From contig OZ240210.1 of NCBI GenBank assembly GCA_965197495.1, forward strand, positions 7,998,481 through 8,062,480: a stretch of 64,000 nt of DNA, in the 5' to 3' direction. Numbering within the stretch: position 1 is the stretch's first letter; each line of letters opens with the position of its first letter. A model generated the notes under the pieces. The model made no database searches and was not told the origin of the DNA. It saw nothing but the letters and a program-made list of their open reading frames with translations. This document shows, piece by piece, positions 1-10,116 of this stretch. A program made the position numbers and the translations under genes. This stretch comes from Candidatus Marinacidobacterales bacterium (GTDB taxonomy: Bacteria > Acidobacteriota > Vicinamibacteria > Marinacidobacterales > SMYC01).

Positions 1-2382
1 CAGACCTTCGGCGAGCGCGCCGTCGTCGCCGCGCGCGCCTGCGCGCCTCATGTCGTTGGCCGCCTGCTCGAGGCGGCGCGCCGTGTCCTTTAGATCGGGA
101 GAAGAATGCTCGCGGGCGAGGCGCTCGAGCTCGCGCGCGAGCTCTTCGGTCTGCTCAGCAAGCTCGCGCTGGCTCATGCCTCCTCCGCCACCCATTTGGT
201 TGCGTAGGCGGTTCGCCTGGCGGCGCATCCGCTCGTTCTCCTGCTGCTGGCGGCGCGCAAGCTCTTGCAACCGCTGGAGCGCTTCATCGACTTCGTTGTC
301 GACACTCTGCTGCTGTCCGCGCTGCACCGTCTCGTATTGATTCCGAAGCTTGTCGAGCTCGAGCTCGAAGAGATCCGCGAGGTCCTCGGCGCTTGCAGCC
401 TGACCGCCGCCACCGCCGCCACCCTGTTGGAAGGAGACCTGCACTTCGCGAAAGAAGGCATCGGCCCGCTGCAGGTGTTGTAGCGCCCGCTGCTCGAACG
501 GCATCGCCTTATCCGGGTCCTTGGCCGTCAAGCTCTCCTCGGCCGGGCCCATCTCATCGATGGCCTTTTTCAAAGACTCGCTGATGGTCGCGAACTCGCC
601 AGCCAGACCCGTAATGCCGCGATTTCCCATGCGGCGCAGCAAGTTGGTAACTTGATCCCGAAGCCGGCCCTGCATGAGCGCTATCGTTGTGAGATTTTCT
701 TCCCAGTCCCGCTTTTTGTACTCGTCCTTGTCGCGAATGAGCTTGAACGTCGCCGCCACGATCTCGCGCTGTCGCAGGGACAACGTGCCTTCCATGCCGC
801 CGCCACCGCCGCCGCCACCGCCGCCCTGCGCTTGACGGTATTGGCGATCGAAGGGCCGCGCTTCGATGAAATAAATGTCCGTCATCGCCACTTGCGGGCC
901 GCCGACATCTTTGGCGCGCGCGTAATAGGAAATGAAATCGCCTGGTTGGAGCTCGTAATCTTCGAGGAAGAATGTGTAGCCCGCGATCATTTCTTTCTTC
1001 CCGCGGCCGTCATAGAGTGCGACGATCTGCTCGTCGCCGCCATTCACCGAAAAGACGAGCTCGAGGCGGCGCAGGCCGTAATCGTCTTCGCCTTTGATCT
1101 CGGTGAACACTTCCTCGATGGGATTCACTTTCAAATCCCTACCGGGCTTCACGATCGTCACCGAAGGCGGCTGGTCCGACAGAAGCTCGATGGCGTAGTC
1201 GGGAGATGCCGGCTGCAACGTTTCGTCGAAGGATTCGAGATCGATGCGATAGAAGCCGTCCTCGACGAGCTCGAGCGTCACCGACAAATTGCCGTCCGCG
1301 CCGAGCTCGAGCGGCGCCGGATCCTTTTCTTCGACCGCGAGCACGCCACCGGCGACGCGGACCGTCGGCACGATGCTCAGATGGACTTTGGTTCCTCGAA
1401 GCGCCGCGATGTCGCCCCCGTCCTCGACGCGCTGCGGAGAGAGCCCGGTATAGCTCGGAAACTCGTATTCGAGATCGATACGCCGCACGTAAGGCAGATC
1501 CGAGACATCCACGCGAAACAAATCTGAGCGGACGCCATGGGCCTCGACGTAATATTCCGTCGGATCCTCGAGATCGAAGAGCATGAACGAATAGCGTCCG
1601 GTCTCGTCGTCGAAGCTCATTGGGAGACGGCGCCACTCGTCCTCTCCTTCGCTCTTGACGGCGATATCCGACTCTGCGGCATCGAACCCCCGAAGCTCCG
1701 CGGTCACGAGCTGATCCGCACCGCGCGCGACGCCGACGTCGCCCGGCTCGACGACGATCATGTAAGGGCTCGCCGCTTGGGCGCTTCTCATCGGGTTGAG
1801 AAGAAGCCCTGCACCGTAGCGCAAGAAGCTCGGGCTGAGCAGGACCGCGATCATGCCGCCGACCGCGACAGCAAGGAACACGGCTGAGCTTTTCTTCAGA
1901 CCATCTTGCTCGATCGCGTGCCCGTAGTCGATAGCCTCACAGCGCTCCACCGTTTGCTCGACGAGCTTCTCGATGAGAGCCGGCGACACGCTCGCATCAG
2001 CCTTCTTCGTCCCGTCCTCACCATCCTTCAAAGAAGACCCGCCCACCTCGAGCGCGCTCGAGAGGGCCTCTTTCAAGGAAGGATCGTGTTCTTCGATATA
2101 GAGTGCGACTTGTTCGTGGGTGACCCGCTTTGCGAGAGGGCGTACGAGGAACCGCAAAGCGAGCCCTACGAGCGCCAGATAAGTAAAGATGCGGAAGAGC
2201 CGGACGGACCACGCGCTGTAGCGGAAATACTCCATCCCGTAAGCGGAGATGGCGAAGGCCACGAGCCCGAAGAGCAGAAGAAAGACGATGCCTTTGACCG
2301 TGTTCCGGATACGCCAACGGCTTCTCACGTAGCGGATGACTCGAAGTAACTGCGGGTAGCCCGACGTCTCGAAAATTTCCAT
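1..2382 (-). CDS. Large DUF4175-like protein, 5' end only (Met at 2382..2380, continues past window start). It has N-terminal transmembrane helices, coiled-coil Q/R-rich regions and poly-Gly runs, and is the last gene of the MoxR/VWA cluster.
   Basis: I checked every in-frame triplet of rows 1-2341 for minus-strand stops (plus-strand tta/cta/tca) and found none. The first upstream stop is cta at 2386-2388. The N-terminus MEIFETSGYPQLLRVIRYVRSRWRIRNTVKGIVFLLLFGLVAF is hydrophobic. Plus 781-840 encodes YRQAQGGGGGGGGGGMEGTL on the minus strand. The ORF track omitted it because it is open-ended. The plus-strand ORFs 652..1527, 1537..1887 and 1906..2349 share its codon phase and are antisense shadows. 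Confidence 0.55.
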   Translation of the reverse strand, partial: MEIFETSGYPQLLRVIRYVRSRWRIRNTVKGIVFLLLFGLVAFAISAYGMEYFRYSAWSVRLFRIFTYLALVGLALRFLVRPLAKRVTHEQVALYIEEHDPSLKEALSSALEVGGSSLKDGEDGTKKADASVSPALIEKLVEQTVERCEAIDYGHAIEQDGLKKSSAVFLAVAVGGMIAVLLSPSFLRYGAGLLLNPMRSAQAASPYMIVVEPGDVGVARGADQLVTAELRGFDAAESDIAVKSEGEDEWRRLPMSFDDETGRYSFMLFDLEDPTEYYVEAHGVRSDLFRVDVSDLPYVRRIDLEYEFPSYTGLSPQRVEDGGDIAALRGTKVHLSIVPTVRVAGGVLAVEEKDPAPLELGADGNLSVTLELVEDGFYRIDLESFDETLQPASPDYAIELLSDQPPSVTIVKPGRDLKVNPIEEVFTEIKGEDDYGLRRLELVFSVNGGDEQIVALYDGRGKKEMIAGYTFFLEDYELQPGDFISYYARAKDVGGPQVAMTDIYFIEARPFDRQYRQAQGGGGGGGGGGMEGTLSLRQREIVAATFKLIRDKDEYKKRDWEENLTTIALMQGRLRDQVTNLLRRMGNRGITGLAGEFATISESLKKAIDEMGPAEESLTAKDPDKAMPFEQRALQHLQRADAFFREVQVSFQQGGGGGGGQAASAEDLADLFELELDKLRNQYETVQRGQQQSVDNEVDEALQRLQELARRQQQENERMRRQANRLRNQMGGGGGMSQRELAEQTEELARELERLAREHSSPDLKDTARRLEQAANDMRRAGARGDDGALAEGL

Positions 2383-2480
2383 TGCCTAAGCCCCGAAAAA
2401 TCATCTAGCTGTTAGTGCCTAATGTTCGCCCCTCAGGCTGAGCACAGGCGCTTCACGCCTACTTACTAGTATAGCTCGGC

Positions 2481-4499
2481 TTAGCCGACACCAGCCACCA
2501 CGGTCCGAGTCCGCGATAAGCGATTCGAAAGGATTGTCTCCGTCATGAGCAGAATAAAAGCCGCGACGAGCAAATACCACCAATAGCCCTGCCGTCCTTC
2601 TTGGTCGGCCACTGTCTCGCCCGCGCCGGGAGCCGCGTCGTCGCTCAGCTCGCGAAACGTGACCGAAGCGACGAGCTCCTCCGGATCGAGCTTGGCGAGA
2701 TCCGACTCGGTCAAATCCAAGTTCGACGCGAGCGCCATGGCCTCTGCCGTCCCAGAGCCGCGCCCTGCCAGGCGAAGCTCGTAGAATCCTCGCTCCGAAA
2801 GCGACAAGAGCGCGCGTTCTTCGCTCGGCGGGATGATCGTGCGCGTTCCGGAAGGCGCCGAGACGACGAGATCGACTTTCCGTTCTCCATCGGGCGCAAC
2901 GTCCTCACCCATCCTGGCGAAAAATTGCTCGAGATCCGCTACATCGCCGACCGTGTGCCACGCGTTGGCCTCCGCGTAGCCGGCGGCATATTTCGTGAGC
3001 TGGTGAAGAAAAGGCAGAAACACGGGCTGCAGCGCCAAGTCGTTCCAGAAAGTGTCGAGCGTCGACGTCCACACGAGCACCCGACCGTCGCCGATGGTCT
3101 TCTCGGCCAGCGCGACGGCCCCATCATCGAAGCGTGCGAGTATGCCGCTTGCGATCGGCTCTTCGAAGGTGCGGTAGCGAAAAAATTTGGCCGCGGAGAA
3201 ATCGCCACTATGCGGTGCTCCGAAGATGTCGAAGACCGGCGATCCGTAATCCAAATAAGACAATGTCCCACCCCAATCTCGAGCGCGATCGGTCGAACCT
3301 CCGGGCGGCGCCGGCAAAAGAAGCGCGGCGTCTCCCGTGAAACTGTTCCGCCCGCTCGCTTCCCCGAGTGCTACGATGAGACCGCCGCCTTCGGAGACGA
3401 AGCGCTCGAGAAGACGCGCTCTAGCGGCCCCGATCGAGGCGACGTCGTTCAAGAGCACCACATGGCGGCCCTCCAGATCGGCCGCGCCCAACTGGCTCAT
3501 CCGTTTGCTCTCGAGGCGAAATGACGGCCGATCGCCTATCGCCAAGGCGCGATCCACGTACAGGCTTCTGCGACGATTTCCGTCGAGAGAAAGCACGTTC
3601 AACGATTGCCCTGGCCAGAGCACGAAGTGATAGGCGTTGTCGATCTCGAGTTTGTCGGCGTCGAGCTGAATCGTCCCGCGTGAGACGCCACCGGGGAGCG
3701 TCAACGGATCGAAGCTCACCGTGGTCGAGCTGTTCGGGGCGAGCTGGAGTTTTTTCGACTGGAGCGAGCGGCCGTTGAGCTCCAGTTTGATATTGGTCTC
3801 GAGCGGCGGATCACCGTCCGGCGCCTTGTAGGTGACACGCGCGGTAGCGACGAGCCGCTCGCGCACTGAGGATGACGCCTTTTTGGTCTTGTCGGTCTTG
3901 TTGCGCTCGAGAATCACACCCGTCACCGCGAGATTGTCGGACGTCGGGCTCCCGACATCAATGGGCGTGAAGCTCGTATCCGCAGGGAACCAAACGTCCT
4001 CATCGCCTTCCCAGCCGAGACGCTGAAAATCGGACAGCAGGACGACTTCCTTCCGCGTCAGCGACGATTCGTCAACAATCTTCTTCGCGAGCTTCAAGGC
4101 GGGGCCGTAGCGCGTCGTTCTTGCCGAAAGTGTGACGCCGTTCACGATCGCGTTCAGCTGATCCTTGTCGGAGGTCGGTTGATTCAAGATCTCCGCGCGA
4201 TCCGAGAAGACGACGAACGATGCGCGCTCGTCGGGCGAAAGCGTTCCAATCTGCCCGCGTATGTCGTCTTTGGCGCGCTCGAGCCGGTCCTCGTAGCCCA
4301 TGCTGTAGGAGTGATCGAGCACGAAAACCACCTCACGAGGTCCCAAAGGCAAAGCACTCGCTGCCGTCGGCGATTCGAGAAACGGGCGCGCGAAGGCCAA
4401 GATCAAGAGGAGCAGCGCGAGACAGCGCAGCGCAAAGAGAAACAAATGGCGGAGCCGTTGCCGGCGCACCGACCGATACGGGATGCGCCGGAGAAACAT
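2481..4499 (-). CDS. BatA-like membrane protein: aerotolerance-regulator N-terminal double-TM domain plus VWA domain.
   Basis: The N-terminus is two hydrophobic helices (LFLFALRCLALLLLILAFARPFL) followed by VVFVLDHSYSM (VWA MIDAS-like DxSxS). It sits downstream of DUF58 and MoxR. Confidence 0.7.
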   Translation of the reverse strand: MFLRRIPYRSVRRQRLRHLFLFALRCLALLLLILAFARPFLESPTAASALPLGPREVVFVLDHSYSMGYEDRLERAKDDIRGQIGTLSPDERASFVVFSDRAEILNQPTSDKDQLNAIVNGVTLSARTTRYGPALKLAKKIVDESSLTRKEVVLLSDFQRLGWEGDEDVWFPADTSFTPIDVGSPTSDNLAVTGVILERNKTDKTKKASSSVRERLVATARVTYKAPDGDPPLETNIKLELNGRSLQSKKLQLAPNSSTTVSFDPLTLPGGVSRGTIQLDADKLEIDNAYHFVLWPGQSLNVLSLDGNRRRSLYVDRALAIGDRPSFRLESKRMSQLGAADLEGRHVVLLNDVASIGAARARLLERFVSEGGGLIVALGEASGRNSFTGDAALLLPAPPGGSTDRARDWGGTLSYLDYGSPVFDIFGAPHSGDFSAAKFFRYRTFEEPIASGILARFDDGAVALAEKTIGDGRVLVWTSTLDTFWNDLALQPVFLPFLHQLTKYAAGYAEANAWHTVGDVADLEQFFARMGEDVAPDGERKVDLVVSAPSGTRTIIPPSEERALLSLSERGFYELRLAGRGSGTAEAMALASNLDLTESDLAKLDPEELVASVTFRELSDDAAPGAGETVADQEGRQGYWWYLLVAAFILLMTETILSNRLSRTRTVVAGVG

Positions 4500-4613
4500 G
4501 AGCGAGGGAAAGTCGACGACTTCCTTCTTCTCACGGTTTGTCAGATGGATGATGACCGGGATCGCGAGCGCGAGCGCGCCGAGAAAAAAAAAGGTGTCAG
4601 AAAGCTCATGGGC

Positions 4614-5540
4614 TCACCTCGTCCGCGTCAGCCGTTCACGGCTCGCAAGGAAATGAAAGAGTGCGAAGTCGAGCGGTGTGGATGTGTCCATGAGCGCATA
4701 ATCGATCCGATTATCGCCGAGCGTGTGGGTCAAGCGCAAGATGTGCTCTTGCACGAGCTTCCGATACTCGTCCCGCAAATATTCGGGAATAATCGGCTGA
4801 GCCTCACCCGATTCGAGGTCTCGATAGTTCGCGGCCTCGTCATAGGGAAAACTGAGCTCGGCGGGGTCGAGAACGTGGAAGACGATGAGGTCGTTCCCTT
4901 TGTACCGCAACCCCTTCACGGCGTCGAGGATGGCGTCCGGGTCGTCATAGAGATCCGAAATGAGCACGACGATGCTCCGCCGCTGGATCGCCCCAGCGAT
5001 TTTTTGCAAAGGCTTCCGGTAGCCGCCCGCCTTGGTGGACTTCAGACGATCGATGGTGTGAAGCACGATCTCGAGATGTTTCGCCGAAGGGGGTACGAAA
5101 TCCACGATGTCCTCGTCGAAGGTGACGAGGCCGATGCGATCGCGCTGTTGTTGCGAGAACACCGCGAGCGACGCCGCGAGGTAGCGCGCATAGTCGAGCT
5201 TCGTGATGCCTTCGCTCCCGAAGTTCATCGAGCGCGAGATGTCGAGGAGCACCGTCAGGCTCGTATTCGTATCCGCCTCGAACTGTTTCACGTAGAAGCG
5301 GTCGGTCCGCGCAAAGAGCTTCCAATCAATCTGACGGATGTCGTCACCCGGCATATAGGCCCGATGTTCGGCGAAATCGACCGAGCGCCCGAGATAAGTC
5401 GAGCGATGAAGCCCGCTAATAAACCCCTGCACCACACTACGCGCCAGCAACTTCAAATTCGAGATGCGCCCAAGCACATGAGGGTCAACAAACTGCCCGA
5501 GCCGTTCCCCATCTTGCCCATCTTGCTGAATTCCTGCCAT
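4614..5540 (-). CDS. DUF58 domain protein (MoxR-associated VWA-like).
   Basis: The motif FRGISPEFRELREY...VDWSRS is characteristic of DUF58. The gene lies immediately downstream of the MoxR ATPase with a 56-bp gap. Confidence 0.8.
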   Translation of the reverse strand: MAGIQQDGQDGERLGQFVDPHVLGRISNLKLLARSVVQGFISGLHRSTYLGRSVDFAEHRAYMPGDDIRQIDWKLFARTDRFYVKQFEADTNTSLTVLLDISRSMNFGSEGITKLDYARYLAASLAVFSQQQRDRIGLVTFDEDIVDFVPPSAKHLEIVLHTIDRLKSTKAGGYRKPLQKIAGAIQRRSIVVLISDLYDDPDAILDAVKGLRYKGNDLIVFHVLDPAELSFPYDEAANYRDLESGEAQPIIPEYLRDEYRKLVQEHILRLTHTLGDNRIDYALMDTSTPLDFALFHFLASRERLTRTR

Positions 5541-5596
5541 GCCCTACTAAATCCGAAAGTCCTGAATGCTGAATGCTGAACCCTGAATGCTGAAAA

Positions 5597-6628
5597 TCAC
5601 ATTCTCGATTTCGGAGCATCGACCGTCTCGAGAAGCTGGTCGAGGATCTTCTCCGAAGAAATCTTCTCCGACTGCGCGTGGAAATTGATCAGGATGCGGT
5701 GGCGAAAGACCGGCGGCGCGAGGGCGCGAATGTCCTCGTAGCTCACGTGATAGCGCCCATCCATGATCGCCCGGGCCTTGCTGCCGAGGATGATGTATTG
5801 CGCCGCCCGGACGCTCGCACCGTACTCGACCCACTTCTCGACGAACTCGGGAGCGCCCTCTTCCCCTGGCCGCGACGTCCGTGCGAGGCGCACCGCATAG
5901 CGCATGATCGACTCCGCCACCGGCACGCGCCGCACGAGCGTTTGGAAGGCGAGGATGTCTTCCCCGGTGATGACGTTGTCGAAGCTAATATCCTGTACCG
6001 CGGTCGTGTTCCGCACCACCTCTACTTCGTCCTCTTCCGGCATGTAATCAATAATAATGTTGAACATGAAGCGGTCGAGCTGTGCTTCGGGAAGCGGATA
6101 GGTGCCTTCGAGCTCGATCGGGTTCTGGGTCGCGAAGACGAAAAAAGGCTCTTCGAGCGTATAGGTGCGCCCTTGAATGGTGACCTGGTGCTCCTGCATG
6201 GCTTCGAGAAGCGCCGATTGCGTCTTGGGCGGGGTCCGGTTGATCTCGTCGGCGAGCACGATGTTGTTGAAGATGGGCCCGGGCATGAAGACGAGCTCGC
6301 GCTTACCCGTTTTCGGATCTTCCTGCACGAGGTCGGTGCCCGTGATGTCGGACGGCATCAGATCCGGCGTGAACTGGATCCGAGCGAATTTGAGATCCAA
6401 GACCTGGGCGACGGTGTGCACGATCATCGTCTTCGCAAGGCCGGGAACGCCTGTGATGATGGAATTGCCGCCGACGAATAGAGACAAGAGCACCTGCTCG
6501 ATCGGGCCTTCCTGGCCCACGATGAGCTTTTTGATCTCGCTCGTCACGTTCGAATAGGCGTCTTTCAGCTTGTCCGCGAGGGCGATGTCATCTTCGGATT
6601 CGAGAGCGACTTTTTCTTCTTCAGCCAA
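5597..6628 (-). CDS. MoxR-family AAA+ ATPase.
   Basis: Walker A GVPGLAKT and Walker B LLADEINRTPPKTQSALLEAMQE, with the typical ~320-aa MoxR architecture. Confidence 0.9.
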   Translation of the reverse strand: MAEEEKVALESEDDIALADKLKDAYSNVTSEIKKLIVGQEGPIEQVLLSLFVGGNSIITGVPGLAKTMIVHTVAQVLDLKFARIQFTPDLMPSDITGTDLVQEDPKTGKRELVFMPGPIFNNIVLADEINRTPPKTQSALLEAMQEHQVTIQGRTYTLEEPFFVFATQNPIELEGTYPLPEAQLDRFMFNIIIDYMPEEDEVEVVRNTTAVQDISFDNVITGEDILAFQTLVRRVPVAESIMRYAVRLARTSRPGEEGAPEFVEKWVEYGASVRAAQYIILGSKARAIMDGRYHVSYEDIRALAPPVFRHRILINFHAQSEKISSEKILDQLLETVDAPKSRM

Positions 6629-6688
6629 GACTAGCTTTCCTTTCTTTAAGTTTGGACTCTATTCATCCCGACATCAATAAGCAGGCCT

Positions 6689-7462
6689 TTAGTGCGTCAG
6701 CCCGTAAACGACGTAGTTGACGCCGAGCTTGAAAGCCTCGTTCGAGATATCGATGGGTACCCAGCCACTTCCCGACCATTCCCAATAGTCGCCGATATCG
6801 TGGTTATAGTTCGCAATCACCATGAGCCGCTTTTTGGGATCGTCGTCTTCAAAGATGCCGTAGTAAACGGGCTGGTATCCGGGAAAGGTGGGGTGCTCGA
6901 AATCGAGCGTTTCGATGTAGAAGAACGAATTGAAAATCGGATGCGAGACGTCCAGCTCCACGAGCTGGTAATCGGGCATCACTTTGCGCATCTGCTCGAC
7001 GTAGTTGTACCACTGCCATTCCGTGATGAAATCGTCGACGACGAGAAACCCGCCTTTGAGCAAATAAGTGCGCAGGCTTTCGGCTTCGGCCTCCGTCGGA
7101 TTCCAGAACCCGACCTCACAGAGATAGGCCCAGGGATAGCGGAACAGCTCGGGATCGTCGAGCGCGTAAATGTTGCTCTTCCCCATATTGGGCGCGATCG
7201 ACGTGTGATGCTTCAGGATCGTCATCAGATTCCGCTCGGCCCGGGGGTAGTCGTGATTCCATTTGAGATCCAGCCCCCATTGATACGGACCTCGCCCCCA
7301 TCGCGTCGGTTCGAACTTTACCCGGACGAAGGTGAACTTCCCGTTATAGGAGTGGTTGTCATAGGGAACGTCGAACCCTTGCAAGAGGCTCGCGGCGATC
7401 GGGACCGCGAGGCCCATGACGACGGAAGCCGCGATCGTGAGAAACAATTTCTTTTTCTTCAC
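6689..7462 (-). CDS. DUF4159 domain protein, paralogue 1, with a signal peptide.
   Basis: It shares the C-terminal motif GGFL(V)VDDF...(PI)F....(LMV(I/V)ANYNHD)IGD(Y/A)WEW with the ORF at 13414..14394. Its start overlaps the stop of the upstream TPR gene (7459/7462). Confidence 0.6.
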   Translation of the reverse strand: MKKKKLFLTIAASVVMGLAVPIAASLLQGFDVPYDNHSYNGKFTFVRVKFEPTRWGRGPYQWGLDLKWNHDYPRAERNLMTILKHHTSIAPNMGKSNIYALDDPELFRYPWAYLCEVGFWNPTEAEAESLRTYLLKGGFLVVDDFITEWQWYNYVEQMRKVMPDYQLVELDVSHPIFNSFFYIETLDFEHPTFPGYQPVYYGIFEDDDPKKRLMVIANYNHDIGDYWEWSGSGWVPIDISNEAFKLGVNYVVYGLTH

Positions 7463-10116
7463 GCTCCGTCGCCTTTCTCGGAACGTGAGAGCTTCAGCAA
7501 GAGCGCGAGGCCGTCTTTGAAAGCCGGGGCGAGCTCGAGAGCTTTCAGAAGCTCCTGGCGCGCCCGGATGTCGTCCCCCGCCTCGTGGTAGGCGAGCGCG
7601 AGCTCATAGAGTCCCTGCGCGCGGTCCGTCGTGAGCGCGAGGAGCGCGCGGCGCTCGACGATGACCTCATCCTTCCGCCCCACTTCGCGATAGAGCTCCG
7701 CGAGCTTTCTATGGTCCTCGAGCTCGAACGGGTAGATATAGAGTGCGCGCTTCAGGATCTCCGCGGCCTTCGCTTTCTCATCCAGATCCGCGTACAGCCC
7801 GGCGAGCATGACATGGGCATCGTAGTGGTTCTCGTTGATGTTGACGAAGGTCGCGAGCTCTTGGGCGGCACGGCGGATGTCACCCCGATCCTCGTGGATT
7901 TTCGCGAGTGCTAAATAGGCGTTGCCTTCGCCGGCATATTGGGGGAAGAGCTTCTTGGCACGCTCGAGAAGCTTCTCGGCCTTTTCGATGTCACCCTCTT
8001 CGAGGGCGCGCCGTCCGGTCTCGAGCTGAGCGATGAAATCGAACTCGTCTTCTTCGGCGCGGGTCGCGAGCTCCTCGACCGAGTCGGGAGTCGCGTCGTC
8101 TTCGGGCGGGAGCCGAAGGGTCGCGGCAATCGCGTCGAAGCGCTCGGCCAAATATTCATCGAAGCGCGTGTCGAACGCGTCGAGCGTCAGGCCGAGCACT
8201 TTCTCGAAAACTTCAGGCGTCGAGAGACCTTCACGATAGGCCGCCAACATGTCGCGGATCGCTTGAAACTCGAAGTCGCGCTCGATGAGCTCCGAGACGA
8301 GCGACGCCTGATAGTAAGAGATCCCGATCTGCTGCGGGTAAGTGGGACGCATGAAGCCATTATTGAGCTCCGCAACCTTCAGTAGCCGCTCGCGCTGATA
8401 GGCCGCGAGAAACCCGAGATTTACGTCGTCACCCCAACCCGGGCGCGCGCGCCGCTCTTCGAGCACGGAGAGACCCTCCGAGAACCAGCGAGGCACTTTG
8501 TGATCGGTCACGCCGAGCGTCACCGTGTGGGCGAGCTCGTGCCAGAGCGTCGACGCCCAATTGAACTGACCCTTCGGGCGAGCGGAAGGTGAATCGACCG
8601 CAATCACGAGGCCGAAGCAAACGCCGAGCGCGCCGAGCCCGGGAAGCCCGAGCGTGCGCACCGAGAAGTCGCCGTGCGACCGGAAGACCTCGATCCGGAT
8701 CGGCGTGGGCGGCTCGTATTGGTAGAGCTTCGACAGTTTTTCGTAGGCCTCTTCCGCAACGTTTGCGTAGTGGACCGAGAGCAGATCGGATTCTTGACCT
8801 TCGATGAAGATCTCAAAACGCTCGGTCGGCGTCGTTTCGTAGTCGACGAAGGTGTCGAGAAGGTCGAGCGTGTTCTTGTTCCAGATGTGGTAGGGGTCGC
8901 CTTTGAAGGAGAGCTCGAGATTTCTGGTCCCTTCTTCGATATCGCCGAGCCGGAGCTGATTGACGCCGAGAAGCCCGTAGCCCCACCACGAGCGCTCATC
9001 GAGCTCCACTGCCTTGGCGGCGAAATCCGCGGCGCGCTCGTAAAGACGATTGTTGACGGCGATCTCGGAGAGCTTGTTGTAGAAATCCGCGTGGCGCGGG
9101 TTCCGTTCGAGGGCGCGCGCCTCGACCGTGCGGAAGCCGGCTTCGTCGCCGCTCAAAAGCTCGGCCGCAGCCAGAATCGGGAGCGCATCGGGCGATAGCG
9201 GGTTCACTTCGAGGGCTTTTTCAGCTTCCTCTCTGGCGCTACCGTAATCCTCGAGCCCGAGATGCTGCTCGGCGAGAAACGCACGGGCCGCAACGTGATT
9301 CGGGTTCACTTCGAGCACTTTCTCGGCCAAAGTGAGCGCTTCGGGAGAGCCGGCGAAGGCCTTCACTTTGGCCATGCCGAAAAGAGCTTCGGGATGGTTC
9401 GCGTTCATGGAGAGCGCTTCCTCGAAGCTCGAGCTGGCGTCGGGGCTGTTATATTTCTCGAGAAACAAGGACCCCGCGAAAATCGTCGGCTCGATCGGCG
9501 TGGGGTCGGCCACTTTCGCTTCGTCGAGGGCTTTCAAGGCGTCCTTGAAGAGCTGCGGGTTCGTCGCCCCGAGATACCAGCACGCGACGCCCACGGCGAC
9601 GAGCTGGTCGGCGCGCAGCGACGAGCTGCGGTTGTAGACGTCGATGAACGCATCGAAACGGCGGAGCGCCTCGTCTACGTCGCCCTGCTCCCGGTAAAGG
9701 ATCGCGAGGTTGAGCTCCGCCGTCAGATGATTGCGCGCGCCCCCCGCAATCGCTTTCTCGAAGGCAGCACGGGCTTCATCGATACGCCCTGTCCCGTAAA
9801 GAATCTCGCCACGCACGTTCTCGAGCTCTACTGAGGCCGGCTCTTTCGCGATAAAGGCGTCGACGCGTTCGAGCGCGTCATCATTCTGGCCCGTAAGCCG
9901 AAGCGCTTCGATCCATCCGTGATAGAGACGCGGCGTCGGCATGCTGACCGATGCCGCCTCGAACGCCGCGATGGCGTCGTCATAACGCCCCTCGCCAAGC
10001 GCCAACTCAGCATCCTCGAGACTAGCCCCCGCCGTCCCAACGAAAACCCCAAATAGCAAGAGAACAACACTAAAAACACGCAGGTAGCCGGAACCAGGTA
10101 GCAGGTAGCGGGTCAC
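7459..10116 (-). CDS. TPR-repeat protein (885 aa) with an internal zincin-like HExxH motif (WHELAHTVTL...SEGLS) and a signal peptide.
   Basis: It has many TPR-like 34-mers (AxxxYxxxGxYDEAIxxFEKAL). HELAH is followed by a downstream SEG/E. Its stop and start codons overlap those of the neighbouring genes. Confidence 0.6.
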   Translation of the reverse strand: MTRYLLPGSGYLRVFSVVLLLFGVFVGTAGASLEDAELALGEGRYDDAIAAFEAASVSMPTPRLYHGWIEALRLTGQNDDALERVDAFIAKEPASVELENVRGEILYGTGRIDEARAAFEKAIAGGARNHLTAELNLAILYREQGDVDEALRRFDAFIDVYNRSSSLRADQLVAVGVACWYLGATNPQLFKDALKALDEAKVADPTPIEPTIFAGSLFLEKYNSPDASSSFEEALSMNANHPEALFGMAKVKAFAGSPEALTLAEKVLEVNPNHVAARAFLAEQHLGLEDYGSAREEAEKALEVNPLSPDALPILAAAELLSGDEAGFRTVEARALERNPRHADFYNKLSEIAVNNRLYERAADFAAKAVELDERSWWGYGLLGVNQLRLGDIEEGTRNLELSFKGDPYHIWNKNTLDLLDTFVDYETTPTERFEIFIEGQESDLLSVHYANVAEEAYEKLSKLYQYEPPTPIRIEVFRSHGDFSVRTLGLPGLGALGVCFGLVIAVDSPSARPKGQFNWASTLWHELAHTVTLGVTDHKVPRWFSEGLSVLEERRARPGWGDDVNLGFLAAYQRERLLKVAELNNGFMRPTYPQQIGISYYQASLVSELIERDFEFQAIRDMLAAYREGLSTPEVFEKVLGLTLDAFDTRFDEYLAERFDAIAATLRLPPEDDATPDSVEELATRAEEDEFDFIAQLETGRRALEEGDIEKAEKLLERAKKLFPQYAGEGNAYLALAKIHEDRGDIRRAAQELATFVNINENHYDAHVMLAGLYADLDEKAKAAEILKRALYIYPFELEDHRKLAELYREVGRKDEVIVERRALLALTTDRAQGLYELALAYHEAGDDIRARQELLKALELAPAFKDGLALLLKLSRSEKGDGA

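Noticed and set aside
652-2349. Long plus-strand ORFs (652..1527, 1537..1887, 1906..2349) and the many other ORFs that overlap annotated genes on the opposite strand (e.g. 4179..5579, 5678..6481, 6692..7591, 7939..8385, 9262..9834, 11198..11890, 15456..16310, 42861..44477).
   Set aside because: They are in codon phase with, and antisense to, much longer ORFs with clear domain content. They are Arg/Ala/Gly-rich, which is typical of high-GC shadow frames, and contain no recognisable motifs.
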